IMG/VR virus record: IMGVR_UViG_3300027793_000052
Coordinates: 124,001-188,000 of that record
Direction: 5' to 3' (one strand)
Length of the DNA: 64,000 nt
The stretch's first letter is position 1; every line of letters starts with the position of its first letter. Positions 1-10,083 of this stretch are shown here, in pieces. The translations under genes were made by a program, and so were the position numbers. The notes beneath the pieces are model-generated. The model worked only from the letters and a program-made list of their open reading frames with translations, had not been told where the DNA came from and did not search any database.

Positions 1-2478
1 AGTCCAATCGCTAAGGAATTTCAAAAAATATATAAATCACCAAAAGATATAAATCAATATACGGATTGGGTTTTATTTGTTGAGGTAGTAAAATTCATTG
101 ATGAATTACTAACTAAATCTGACGTTAAAAAATTAGAAACTAAAACATTATATAATGATGATAATTTATTAATATTAATACCTTTATCACATAAAGCGTC
201 TTGTTTTTATGGTTCTGGCACTAAATGGTGTACAACAAATAAGGAATCTGACAATTATTTTAAAAGTTACAGTTCAAAAGGCACCCTATTCTATATAATA
301 AACAAAAAAGAACCTCAATCAAACCCTTGGTATAAAGCGGCCATTTTTTTCAACAATGACGGCAATGCTGAAGCTTATGATGCTCCAGATAAACCAACAT
401 CTATTAAAGTAGCTAAAGATAGTATACCTAATTGGGATACTGTTCGTGATGTTATTGTGGATTACTTATCATCTAACAACAAAAAAGGTATTGATAAGTT
501 ATATTTCGGTGATGAACTAATAACTTGGGTTGATTCATTAGGTTTGGATCCATTAAAAACTTTATCTTATGATAGATTTATTAAAGAATTAGGGGTTGAT
601 AAGGCATATGAATATATGGTTAAAAAACAAGTTGATCCTATAGATTACATTGAAGGTGCTGATAATATATTTTATTTTTACTCACAATTAATTAAGGATG
701 AACTTAAAACTGTTAAAACCTTATGGGAATTAGCCAAAAAAAGAAATTACAACCCTTTTGATTTTTTAGATTTTTCTTCTTCTAGTGTTAAATCATTATT
801 AAATGCAATAATAGAAAATATTATAAGTTTAGATGATTTTTTAAACGAAATCATGAAACATAAATACAGTATAAATAACCTTTTCGGTCATCTTAGTAAT
901 GCTACCACCGCTGAATATATTATTAAACTTTTTAAAACAAATAATACTGATAGTAATAAAGAGGCTGTTAATTTATTTTTTAATTTTTGTTTTGAGGCTG
1001 ATATAAACCCTTTTAATAATTTAAACCAAAGAGTTATAAAAATTATTTTAGATGTTTATAGTATTGAGGAAAAAATAGATTTTATTTTAAAAAATATTAA
1101 TTTAGTACCAAATGACGTTGAATTATACAAATACGGTATAGATGATGGACAAATATTTGCTTATTGTGATGAAGAAGAAATTAAACTAATATTATCAAAG
1201 AATTTACTTAGTGATATTAATTTAGATTTGTACATAAAAGTTTTTGGTAATTCACCAGAAACTTATTGGAGGTATATTTCACATATAACAGGGTTACATA
1301 TTGATATTATAAAATATAGATTAATTAATACTAGAGATTTTGTTGAAACTTATTTATTTGTAACAGGGGTTAGAAAAATATTCCCAACACTTGATGATTT
1401 ACAAAAATCTATAAACGACTTAGTTGGTTTGGACGAAGATGGTGATAATATAGTTGATGTGTTGTACAACGTCTCAACTCAAGTTGTTGTGGATGATTTT
1501 TTTAACAAAAATTATTATGAAGCTTATTTAAATTATAAAAAATTAGATATCTTGGATGATTTTGATGATTTATTTAAAATTTGTGCTTACAATTCCGCAC
1601 CACCAGAAGATAAAGAAATTAAAGAAGAAGTTCTATCTATTATTGAACATAGTTTTGGGGGTTACCGTAACGGTCAAATTAGGGAAGAGGGTGGAAGTTT
1701 TTATTTAACAATCGATGATTTATGTTATTTAGAAGATTTGTATACTGAAGTTTCTGGTAAAATTGTCTGTGGTGAAGATATTATAGATTGGTATGGTTAT
1801 GATGCTGATGAAGCTGTCCCAAGTGTTTTAGAAGTAAAGGGTGTTTCCGAATTAATTAGAGACTATTTGATGGAAGAAATGCGTAATAAAAAAATAACTT
1901 TAAAAGACTATTATATTGACGATTTTGAAAGTTGGGTGGAGGATTACGATGAAGATAACGGTAAATTTTCAATTACGTTATATGATGAAAGAATTGTGGG
2001 AATGTCTAATGATAATTTATTAACATTAATAATGAATGGTGATGAGTTAATTAAACTTAAAAGAGAAATAAGCTGGTCTTTTAATGATGCTGTAAATGGT
2101 TTATTGTCCGATAAATTATATAAAAAGGCTAAAAATTCAATTGAAGAAATTTTTGGTAGTAAGGGTGAGTGGCAAGATGTGACAATGAAGTATGGTAATG
2201 ATAATACCATGAAAGAAAAAAATGTATTTGTTATAAAATTAAATTATATTGTGGACGATGTTATAGATTACGCTTTAGAAAAAGTTAATCGTGAATCCAA
2301 TATACCTACGGCGACTTATGTAAGTTTAATAGAAGAAATGATGGAAGAGGGTATTGGTAGATTTGATGGTAAGGTAGATTTAAATGTTGATTATACTGTG
2401 GAAACTTTTTATCCATATACGGAAGACTTAAAACCAGTTCTTATAGATATTTTAAAAGACAGAATTTATGGTTTGTAA
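1..2478 (+). CDS. 5'-truncated large protein with N-terminal PcfJ-like (P-x(8-12)-G-x-x-T-x-WC) domain; the ORF is open from base 1
   Basis: Frame 1 has no stop from base 1 into the tracked ORF at 457 (GTG). It reads ...KDINQY...YNDDNLLILIPLSHKASCFYGSGTKWCTT..., a motif shared with 21827..22672 and 23606..24367. Confidence 0.75.
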   Translation, partial: SPIAKEFQKIYKSPKDINQYTDWVLFVEVVKFIDELLTKSDVKKLETKTLYNDDNLLILIPLSHKASCFYGSGTKWCTTNKESDNYFKSYSSKGTLFYIINKKEPQSNPWYKAAIFFNNDGNAEAYDAPDKPTSIKVAKDSIPNWDTVRDVIVDYLSSNNKKGIDKLYFGDELITWVDSLGLDPLKTLSYDRFIKELGVDKAYEYMVKKQVDPIDYIEGADNIFYFYSQLIKDELKTVKTLWELAKKRNYNPFDFLDFSSSSVKSLLNAIIENIISLDDFLNEIMKHKYSINNLFGHLSNATTAEYIIKLFKTNNTDSNKEAVNLFFNFCFEADINPFNNLNQRVIKIILDVYSIEEKIDFILKNINLVPNDVELYKYGIDDGQIFAYCDEEEIKLILSKNLLSDINLDLYIKVFGNSPETYWRYISHITGLHIDIIKYRLINTRDFVETYLFVTGVRKIFPTLDDLQKSINDLVGLDEDGDNIVDVLYNVSTQVVVDDFFNKNYYEAYLNYKKLDILDDFDDLFKICAYNSAPPEDKEIKEEVLSIIEHSFGGYRNGQIREEGGSFYLTIDDLCYLEDLYTEVSGKIVCGEDIIDWYGYDADEAVPSVLEVKGVSELIRDYLMEEMRNKKITLKDYYIDDFESWVEDYDEDNGKFSITLYDERIVGMSNDNLLTLIMNGDELIKLKREISWSFNDAVNGLLSDKLYKKAKNSIEEIFGSKGEWQDVTMKYGNDNTMKEKNVFVIKLNYIVDDVIDYALEKVNRESNIPTATYVSLIEEMMEEGIGRFDGKVDLNVDYTVETFYPYTEDLKPVLIDILKDRIYGL

Positions 2479-2518
2479 TTACGTAAAATAAAGAATAAAT
2501 GATTTAAATAATGTTCTC

Positions 2519-2528
2519 GATATTTATA
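2519..2528 (+). promoter_or_regulatory. Candidate late promoter GATATTTATA (terL)
   Basis: Exact 10-mer also at 7995(+), 27650(-), 32231(-), 59505(-), 60643(-), each upstream of a structural/late gene. Confidence 0.6.
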
Positions 2529-2548
2529 TATTAAAAGAACATTATTTC

Positions 2549-5500
2549 ATGTCTAATATACAACAAAATAAAACACAAAAACTTCTTGAACTTGCCAAAT
2601 GTATAAAAGATCCTATTTATACAATAGAAAACTATTTAACCACATTTGACCAAACACAAAAAGGATTTGTTAGTTTTAAATTATTCCCCAAACAAAAGGA
2701 ATTAATTAAAGCATACAAGAAAGAACAGTTTAATATAGTGATGAAACCCCGTCAGGCGGGTGTTTCCACAACAACGGCGGCTTATATAGCTGTCATGACA
2801 GCACTGGCTGACCCACAAAGCCCTCAAAGGGTTCTAATTTTAGCTAATAAACAGGAAACAGCTATAGAATTCCTTAAAAAAGTTAAAGACTTTACTTCAC
2901 AATTACCATCATGGATGAATGTTTGGGCACCACCTACTAAACCAGGTGATGAACCTTCATGGTATGATGCCGAAAAGAATTCAGCTAAACATTATAGATT
3001 AACAAACGGTTCAGAGGTTAAAGCCGTAGCTACATCAATGGATGCATTACGTGGTTATACACCTACATTACTAGTCATGGATGAGGCGGCGTATATTGAA
3101 GGCGGTGAAGAGGTTTATGCGGCGGCTCAACCAGCTTTATCAACAGGTGGTGGAGCTATTTTAATTTCTTGTGTAACAAAAGACACTTTTGTATTTACTA
3201 ATAAAGGTATTAGAGAGGTTGGTGATTTCGTTGATGAAAATAGAAAAGGTGGGTACAACATAGATAATTATGAAGTTTTAGGTTACGGTGGTTTACGAGG
3301 TTCTAATATTATGTTTAACAACGGTAATGTAGATACTAAAATAATAAAAACTAAAATAACCAATTTAGAAGGGAGTTTAAATCATAAACTTTACGTGTAT
3401 TCGGATAAAAACAAATCTTTTGGGTGGTATCAATTGAAAGATTTGTCTGTTGGTGATTATGTGCCTGTTGTTTATAACCAAAACATATGGGGTGATAATG
3501 ATGATTGTTCTGATTTCATTATTACCGAAAACAAAAGAAATAGGAACAAATTTAAAATAAATAAAATAACCGAAGATGTTAGTTATTTTATGGGTTTATT
3601 TTTAGCAGAAGGTAGTTCATATAAATCAATAAAAAACGGTAAACATGTAGGTACTTCAATAACTATTAGTTGTGGTGATGACATATCCGGTATATTCAAA
3701 AAATTAGGTTTAAAATATAGTTTCGACGGTAAATTTCATTACACCACATCATCCAAAGAATTAGGTGGATTTTTAGAATACATGGGTTTTGATTTAGCTC
3801 TAAAAGCTAAACTAAAAACAATACCTAAACGTATTTTTTCTTTGTCTAAAAAAAATGTGATATCTTTTATCAGAGGGTTTATGGACGGTGACGGTTATAG
3901 TAGGTCTGATAACGGTAATGTAGGTCTTTGTTCGTCTTCTAAAAGATTGGTGGAACAGTTTAGGGTGTTATTTATGAACTTGGGTATACTATGTGAATAC
4001 CAAGAAAAATTAACACCACCAACCAAAAGGGTTAAGGTTGAGTCTATGAATTATAGATTACATATGAACAGTAAAAATTCTAAACTTTTTTACGATTTAA
4101 TAGGTTTTAATTTAAAACGTAAAGATGTAAAAAAACATAACTTAGTAATGTATAAAATACATGAACCACATGACGTTGTACCAATGGGTGGTGATATAAT
4201 CCGTAATAATTACCATAAAAATGGGTTAGGTTTAAAATATTTTTCGGATAGAGGTTGTAAAATAAGTCACATAACTAGAACAAACAGTAAAGTAAATCAC
4301 GTTAGTAGAGGATTATTATTAAGTTATTTGGATATCGTAAACGAATCCTATAATAACATATCTCACAATATTATGTGGGTTGAGGTTAAATCTATAGAAG
4401 ATGGTAAAAACGATACCTACGATTTCTCATTACCTAATAATGATGATGATATGTGGTGTCACAGTGTTTTATATAACGGTATATTAGGTCACCAAACACC
4501 AAACGGTATGGACGCCTTATATTATAAAACATATATGGCGGCCAAAACAAAAGAAAAAACTAACAATCCATTTAATATTGTTGAAATGAGATGGTTTCAA
4601 GATCCACGTTACAACAAAGATATGAAATGGTTAAAATTTAATGATGCCGGAGAAGTGATAGAAGAAATTGTTGATATGAATTATGACAATTTCGATAGGT
4701 TAGAGTCTGAAGGTTGGCAACCAATTTCACCTTGGTATGAAAAAATGTGTGCCCAACTTAACCATAATCAACGTAAGATTGCACAAGAGTTGAACTGTAC
4801 GTTTAACGGTTCAGGTGATAACGTAATTAATGAAAAATATATAGATTACCACAGAAAGAATAATATACAAGATCCGGTTAGAATGGAGTGGTTGGATGGT
4901 GGTATGTGGATATGGGAAGACCCACAATTAGGTCATGAATATATAATGGCTATAGATGCCTCTTCAGGTTCAGCAGATGACTTTTCTACTATTTGTATAA
5001 TGGATTTCACCACAGGTAATCAAGTTGCTGAATACCACGGTAAGGTGGCCCCAGATATATTAGGTGAAATAGCTGTAGAATATGGTAATAGATATGAGGC
5101 TTTCGCTGTTGTCGATATTACAGGTGGTTATGGTGTTTCTTCCGTATTAAAAATGATAGAACTTAGTTATCCGGTTAAAAGAATGTACTATGACCAAATC
5201 ATAGGTATAGATGCCGTAACTAACAATAAAACGTTAGAAAAACACATGAGGGATGGTAAATTACCAGGTCTTAATTTTCAAAAAAATAGAAATACTATAG
5301 TTACAAAATTAGAGGAATCTGTACGTTTAAATTCTTTTAAAGTTAGGTCTATTAGAGCTTTGGCTGAAATGGATACTTTTGTGTTTAAAGGTGGCCGTGC
5401 TGACCATATGAAAGGTTATCATGATGATTTGTTGATGGGTATTGCGATGTGCTGTTACGTTGCACAAACATCATTTAAAGACTTACAAAAAAGTCAGGGG

Positions 5501-5707
5501 CAAACTAAAGCTATGTTGGATTCTTGGGTTGTTTCTACAAACACAACTGATACAATACAAGAGTTAAATGTTACGGAAAATAACCATATGAATTCGCGTG
5601 GTGATTTATCCAAACAAGTTCAATATGCCAACTCTGAACATAATTGGGTATTTTTTGGTATGGCGGGATTTACCGATAAAAACAGTAATAAAAAATTAAT
5701 AAAATAA
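2549..5707 (+). CDS. terL: Terminase large subunit (T4 gp17-like), intein-containing
   Basis: KPRQAGVST Walker A region, LLVMDEAA Walker B, IS/TPNG motif III interrupted by an intein, C-terminal RNase H-like nuclease (AIDASSG...DDFS; HDDLLM); lies upstream of the portal gene. Confidence 0.95.
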   Translation: MSNIQQNKTQKLLELAKCIKDPIYTIENYLTTFDQTQKGFVSFKLFPKQKELIKAYKKEQFNIVMKPRQAGVSTTTAAYIAVMTALADPQSPQRVLILANKQETAIEFLKKVKDFTSQLPSWMNVWAPPTKPGDEPSWYDAEKNSAKHYRLTNGSEVKAVATSMDALRGYTPTLLVMDEAAYIEGGEEVYAAAQPALSTGGGAILISCVTKDTFVFTNKGIREVGDFVDENRKGGYNIDNYEVLGYGGLRGSNIMFNNGNVDTKIIKTKITNLEGSLNHKLYVYSDKNKSFGWYQLKDLSVGDYVPVVYNQNIWGDNDDCSDFIITENKRNRNKFKINKITEDVSYFMGLFLAEGSSYKSIKNGKHVGTSITISCGDDISGIFKKLGLKYSFDGKFHYTTSSKELGGFLEYMGFDLALKAKLKTIPKRIFSLSKKNVISFIRGFMDGDGYSRSDNGNVGLCSSSKRLVEQFRVLFMNLGILCEYQEKLTPPTKRVKVESMNYRLHMNSKNSKLFYDLIGFNLKRKDVKKHNLVMYKIHEPHDVVPMGGDIIRNNYHKNGLGLKYFSDRGCKISHITRTNSKVNHVSRGLLLSYLDIVNESYNNISHNIMWVEVKSIEDGKNDTYDFSLPNNDDDMWCHSVLYNGILGHQTPNGMDALYYKTYMAAKTKEKTNNPFNIVEMRWFQDPRYNKDMKWLKFNDAGEVIEEIVDMNYDNFDRLESEGWQPISPWYEKMCAQLNHNQRKIAQELNCTFNGSGDNVINEKYIDYHRKNNIQDPVRMEWLDGGMWIWEDPQLGHEYIMAIDASSGSADDFSTICIMDFTTGNQVAEYHGKVAPDILGEIAVEYGNRYEAFAVVDITGGYGVSSVLKMIELSYPVKRMYYDQIIGIDAVTNNKTLEKHMRDGKLPGLNFQKNRNTIVTKLEESVRLNSFKVRSIRALAEMDTFVFKGGRADHMKGYHDDLLMGIAMCCYVAQTSFKDLQKSQGQTKAMLDSWVVSTNTTDTIQELNVTENNHMNSRGDLSKQVQYANSEHNWVFFGMAGFTDKNSNKKLIK
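3170..4495 (+). mobile_element. Intein (442 aa) with LAGLIDADG homing endonuclease, C-terminal Gln
   Basis: Starts CVTKDTFVFT after GAILIS and ends ILGHQ before TPNG. LAGLIDADG blocks are YFMGLFLAEGS and FIRGFMDGDG; block F is TYDFSLP. Removing it restores the terminase ISTPNG motif. Confidence 0.92.
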
Positions 5708-5952
5708 TGGCAACAGGAAGAAATATTTCACAAAACCAACCATTTAAAGGTCAACCCAATATGAGAAGAGGTGCTGGACCAGTTTATTATAAATGGAAAC
5801 CTTTACCGTTTGAAAAGGGTGGTAATTTAAAACAAACTGGTTTAAAATTAATTTGTGATAATGTTGTCGATAACATTACAACATATGTTTATGATATAGA
5901 TCCGGCTAACGGTAATCATTTGGCTTATGTTAATTGTGATTATGTTGAGTAA
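5707..5952 (+). CDS. Hypothetical protein between terminase and portal
   Basis: 81-aa ORF with TAATG overlap with the terL stop. Confidence 0.6.
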   Translation: MATGRNISQNQPFKGQPNMRRGAGPVYYKWKPLPFEKGGNLKQTGLKLICDNVVDNITTYVYDIDPANGNHLAYVNCDYVE

Positions 5953-6031
5953 CATTCACATTTAAACATGTTGGTTTAGATTTAAACTGAATATTTATGT
6001 TAAAAATAACAAGTTTTGGAAAAATTCATTA

Positions 6032-7993
6032 ATGGCAGACAATAAAAATCTAACAGTCTATCAAAAGTTATTCTATATGTTTGGGCAAAATAAACCCGAA
6101 CAAAGAAATACTACCCCTAAATACACTTTTAGTGATGGTGACTTAATTACCACGCAATCTCAACAAGATTATAATAAACAAAAATTAGAGTTACAACAAC
6201 AAAATTATCTTGAGGCACAATGGGCAAGAGTAGATAGTGAGTTATATCAAAAGGCTGTTTATTATGAAACATCCAGAATAGCGTCTTATATGGATTATGA
6301 GGCAATGGAATTTTCACCTGAAATTGCAGCTGCTTTAGATATAATGTCAGAGGAATCTTGTACACCTAGTGAACAAGGTAAAATATTAACAATACAATCT
6401 AATTCTAAACGTGTTAAAAATATATTGGAGGATTTATTCTACAACATATTAGACATTCAAACTAATTTACCAATGTGGACACGTAATACGTGTAAGTATG
6501 GTGATAATTTTGTTTACTTAAAAATAGATAGACAAAAGGGTATTATTGGTTCTGCTCAATTAACTAATATAGAAATTGAACGTAAGGAAGAAGGTTTATT
6601 TGGTACCACACCATCATCTAATAAAGGTGACGGAGTTACTCAATTACCTGAAAAGAAAAAACAAGTTATGTTTCATTGGAGGGACAAATCTATGGATTTT
6701 AATCCTTGGGAAGTTGCTCATTTTCGTTTATTAGGTGATGATAGACGTTTACCTTATGGTACTTCAATATTAGAAAAAGCTAGACGTATTTGGAAACAAT
6801 TATTATTATCTGAGGATGCAATGTTAGTATATCGTGTTGTTAGAGCACCGGAAAGACGTGTATTTAAAATATATGTTGGTAATATAGATGATAAGGATGT
6901 TGATGCATATGTACAAAAAGTTGCTAATAAATTTAAAAGAAACCAAATAGTAGACCAAAAAACAGGTCAAGTAGATTTGCGTTATAATACATTGGCGGTA
7001 GACCAAGATTATTTTGTACCAGTTCGTGACCCTAACGCACCAAACCCAATAGATACTTTGGCGGGTGCTTCAAATTTGGACCAAATTGCTGATATTGAAT
7101 ACATACAAAGAAAACTATTAACAGCATTACGCGTTCCTAAACCTTTCTTAGGGTTTGACGAAGCGGCTGGTGACGGTAAAAGTTTAGCTTTATTGGATAT
7201 TAGATTTGCACGTACTATTAATCGTATACAACAATCAATGATACAAGAACTTAATAAGTTGGCTATTATACATTTATATGTTCTTGGTTTTCACGATGAT
7301 TTAAATAACTTTACACTTAATTTAACCAACCCTTCAACTCAAGGTGAAATGTTAAAGGTTGAACAGTGGAAAGAAAAAGTTCTTCTTTATAAGGATCTTG
7401 TTTCACAAATAGACGGCGGTATTGCCCCAACATCTCATACTTGGGCAAAAAAGAATATTTTTAATTGGACTGATGACGATATTAAAATTGACCTTGAACA
7501 ACAACGTATGGAAAGGGCTGCAGCTAAAGAGTTAGAAAACACGCCTGAAACAATTAAAAAGACAGGTTATTTTGAAAGAGTTGATAAACTATACGGTGAA
7601 ATTGGTTCTCCGGCTAAAACTGAGACTGGTGCTGAAGGTACTTCAGGTGATGAAGAAACAGGAGGCGGTGGAGGCTTTGGTGGTGGAGGCTTTGGTGGTG
7701 GAGGCGGAGGCTTCGGAGGTGGAGACCTTGGTGGAGACCTTGGCGGTGATTTAGGCGGTGGAGAAGGTGGTGAAGGTGAAACAGGCGGTGGAGAGGCTGG
7801 CACAGAAGAAGCTGGTGGTGGTGGATTTGGTGAAAGTTTTAGATATAAGGATAAATCTATAATAGACAAACTACTTATGGAAGGTATTCGTAAAAATGAA
7901 GATATAATGATGATGACAGATGGTATTAAAGATTTAATTGGTGAGGAAGAAATAGATGAAGATGATGATGAATTAGATTTATTACAATCATAA
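6032..7993 (+). CDS. Portal protein (T4 gp20-like) with Gly-rich/acidic C-terminal tail
   Basis: gp20 motifs: YEAMEFSPEIAAALDIMSEE, YRVVRAPERRVFKIYVGN, EYIQRKLLTALRVPK, DIRFARTINRIQ. Confidence 0.93.
   Translation: MADNKNLTVYQKLFYMFGQNKPEQRNTTPKYTFSDGDLITTQSQQDYNKQKLELQQQNYLEAQWARVDSELYQKAVYYETSRIASYMDYEAMEFSPEIAAALDIMSEESCTPSEQGKILTIQSNSKRVKNILEDLFYNILDIQTNLPMWTRNTCKYGDNFVYLKIDRQKGIIGSAQLTNIEIERKEEGLFGTTPSSNKGDGVTQLPEKKKQVMFHWRDKSMDFNPWEVAHFRLLGDDRRLPYGTSILEKARRIWKQLLLSEDAMLVYRVVRAPERRVFKIYVGNIDDKDVDAYVQKVANKFKRNQIVDQKTGQVDLRYNTLAVDQDYFVPVRDPNAPNPIDTLAGASNLDQIADIEYIQRKLLTALRVPKPFLGFDEAAGDGKSLALLDIRFARTINRIQQSMIQELNKLAIIHLYVLGFHDDLNNFTLNLTNPSTQGEMLKVEQWKEKVLLYKDLVSQIDGGIAPTSHTWAKKNIFNWTDDDIKIDLEQQRMERAAAKELENTPETIKKTGYFERVDKLYGEIGSPAKTETGAEGTSGDEETGGGGGFGGGGFGGGGGGFGGGDLGGDLGGDLGGGEGGEGETGGGEAGTEEAGGGGFGESFRYKDKSIIDKLLMEGIRKNEDIMMMTDGIKDLIGEEEIDEDDDELDLLQS
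7661..7830 (+). repeat. Gly-codon low-complexity repeats (GGGGF, GGDL) in the portal tail
   Basis: ggtggtggaggctttggt and ggtggagaccttggt units repeated in tandem. Confidence 0.8.
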
Positions 7994-7994
7994 C

Positions 7995-8004
7995 GATATT
8001 TATA
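7995..8004 (+). promoter_or_regulatory. Candidate late promoter GATATTTATA
   Basis: 14 nt upstream of the ATG at 8019. Confidence 0.6.
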
Positions 8005-8018
8005 ATTAAAAAATAAAG

Positions 8019-9026
8019 ATGGATTTTGGAACAATAAAAAATACATTCACAGAGATTTTAATTGAATCTCACATTAAAGGTGATGACAAAGGTAAAAACT
8101 TATATAAAAAATTTTTAAGAACACTTAAAGAAAGTGAGACGTTAAAAACATATTTTGTTGCTTACAAAAATTTAGAAGATAAAACTTTTAATACAGAAAA
8201 TGAGGCCACCGAGTACATTAAAGAACATGTAAGTATTTTAAAAAAATATAAAGGTCAAAAAAGTATTTTTAATGAAAATAAAAAACTTATTAACTTATTA
8301 GAAAGTAATGGTTATAAAATTACACAAAAACCAAACGATTTACATAAAGCTTTAAATAATTTAATTCGCACGAATAAAGATGTTACAACAATTGATACTA
8401 TTATAGAATCCACAAATATTCTTAAAAAACATTTAATTACCCCCAAAACAAAATTAAATGAAAACCTATACTCTAAAACTAAATTTTTTAAAGAGGGTGA
8501 TAAAATAAAAGTAACTAGATTACCAGAAGAAAAACCTAATGACAGACTACCTAGAGGTTATGAAAATCTTAAAATAGGTGATGTATTGACAGTTAATAAA
8601 ATATGGAGTAACACTGAAGGTGTGATTTACGGTACAGATTTTAGTGATAATTATGGTTTATCTAATTATGACGTAGAAAATTTAACTGGTAAAAAATTAA
8701 AAGAAAATAAAGTAAACCCAAACAAATTTTTAAATATTGTAGTTGAAAAATACAATGAAAAATACTCCAACATGGATGAACAAGATAAAAAAATCATTAA
8801 AACAATTTTATCTAGTAATGAAAAAGAAAAAGAAACATTATTAAATAATTTAAAAAAGGAGTCTATTAATTTAATCACTAAATTAGTAAAAGAATATGAT
8901 AATAATTTAGAGGTTAAAGTTAAGTTATTGGAATCAAAAGATTTTATTTATAATATGGGTTTTAATAAAGAAACTTTTAAAGATGATGTTGTTAAAATAT
9001 ACGATTTAATGAAAAATTTAAGTTAA
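8019..9026 (+). CDS. Putative prohead core/head-associated protein with an inserted SH3/KOW-like domain
   Basis: Directly after portal, helical and charged; the segment FKEGDKIKV...LKIGDVLTV is bounded by LNE and LKE sites. Confidence 0.55.
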   Translation: MDFGTIKNTFTEILIESHIKGDDKGKNLYKKFLRTLKESETLKTYFVAYKNLEDKTFNTENEATEYIKEHVSILKKYKGQKSIFNENKKLINLLESNGYKITQKPNDLHKALNNLIRTNKDVTTIDTIIESTNILKKHLITPKTKLNENLYSKTKFFKEGDKIKVTRLPEEKPNDRLPRGYENLKIGDVLTVNKIWSNTEGVIYGTDFSDNYGLSNYDVENLTGKKLKENKVNPNKFLNIVVEKYNEKYSNMDEQDKKIIKTILSSNEKEKETLLNNLKKESINLITKLVKEYDNNLEVKVKLLESKDFIYNMGFNKETFKDDVVKIYDLMKNLS

Positions 9027-9047
9027 TTAAAAATAATTTAAAAAAGT

Positions 9048-9082
9048 AAAGGGTCTGAAATAAAAAATTCAGACCTTTTTTA
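9048..9082 (+). terminator. Intrinsic terminator
   Basis: aaagggtctgaa-loop-ttcagacctttttt. Confidence 0.8.
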
Positions 9083-9136
9083 TTTTTTCTTAATATTTAT
9101 TAAAATAAATATAACCTACAAAAAAAAGTTTACATA

Positions 9137-9361
9137 ATGATGGAATCCGAAAATATCGTACAACTTAGACATTTAATAGATGAGTTGGACAAACAAGATA
9201 GAATGAGTGATGAATATCATAAAATATTAAATAGTATAGTTCAAATTATAAACGAAGAACAAAATATTATATGTGGGTTAAAAGGTAATGAAATTAAAAT
9301 AAAACATTACGAAAGTATTTGTAAGAATATACTTTCGATTATTTCATCAGTTAAAGTATGA
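9137..9361 (+). CDS. Hypothetical protein
   Basis: 74-aa ORF preceded by an ATATTTAT motif; overlaps the next gene. Confidence 0.6.
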   Translation: MMESENIVQLRHLIDELDKQDRMSDEYHKILNSIVQIINEEQNIICGLKGNEIKIKHYESICKNILSIISSVKV

Positions 9362-9711
9362 GTTTAGATGACGAAAACATATCAAAAAATGGTTGGTCTG
9401 AGTATGGTCGTTTGGTTCTTAAAGAATTAGAAAGACTAAATGCCGGACAAGAAGAAATTAAAAGAGATTTAGATAAAAAATTTCAAGAATTAAACCAAAA
9501 AATGTCAGATTTTAAAAACACTGAAAAGGATGTTGAGGACCTTAAAAAATGGAAAGAGAGTGTTATAGAAGTATGGTCAGTAACACAAATGCAACAAGGT
9601 AAGAATGAAATTTATAAACAAAAAAATGAATGGCAAAAAGTTATTGGTATTGTTATTGCATCACAAGTTGTTGTGGGTTTATTATTAGCTTTTAAAGATA
9701 AATTATTTTAA
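9358..9711 (+). CDS. Coiled-coil protein with C-terminal transmembrane helix
   Basis: Charged heptad region followed by VIGIVIASQVVVGLLLAF. Confidence 0.6.
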   Translation: MSLDDENISKNGWSEYGRLVLKELERLNAGQEEIKRDLDKKFQELNQKMSDFKNTEKDVEDLKKWKESVIEVWSVTQMQQGKNEIYKQKNEWQKVIGIVIASQVVVGLLLAFKDKLF

Positions 9712-9712
9712 T

Positions 9713-9985
9713 ATGTTAAAAGAAATTTTAAAAGAAAAAGGTAAATGGTCACAAGGGCGTGTTTATTTATTTTTATCAATAGTATCTTATTATATAACTT
9801 TAGGTATATTAACTTATGTTGGTTTTAAAAAAAGTGAAGTTGATATGGATAAGTTTAAAATGATTGTGGATGCATTAGAATACGCTATGACACTATTTGG
9901 TGGGTATGTCTTTGGTGGTAAATTTATTGATGCTTACAAATCAATATCCGAAAGTAAAAAAACTGATAAACAAGAAGAAACTTAA
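9713..9985 (+). CDS. Small two-TM membrane protein (holin-like)
   Basis: Two hydrophobic segments (VYLFLSIVSYYITLGILTYVGF; ALEYAMTLFGGYVFGG) and a charged C-terminus. Confidence 0.45.
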   Translation: MLKEILKEKGKWSQGRVYLFLSIVSYYITLGILTYVGFKKSEVDMDKFKMIVDALEYAMTLFGGYVFGGKFIDAYKSISESKKTDKQEET

Positions 9986-10009
9986 AAAAACCCCTAAAGG
10001 GGTTTTTTT
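9985..10009 (+). terminator. Intrinsic terminator
   Basis: aaaaaacccc-taaa-ggggttttttt. Confidence 0.85.
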
Positions 10010-10020
10010 ATTTTAAATAG

Positions 10021-10051
10021 TTTCCAACATAATAAATTTTTATTATACTTG
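10021..10051 (+). promoter_or_regulatory. Possible host-type promoter for glutamine synthetase
   Basis: TTTC-N19-TATACTTG, one mismatch in each box versus the Bacteroidota TTTG-N19-21-TAnnTTTG consensus. Confidence 0.4.
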
Positions 10052-10083
10052 TTTTAATAATAAAAAATAAAATAACAAAATTT

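Noticed and set aside
7567-8046. Pro-rich minus-strand ORF (159 aa) and the + strand ORF 7572..7754
   Set aside because: Shadows of the Gly-codon repeats in the portal tail; no independent start context.
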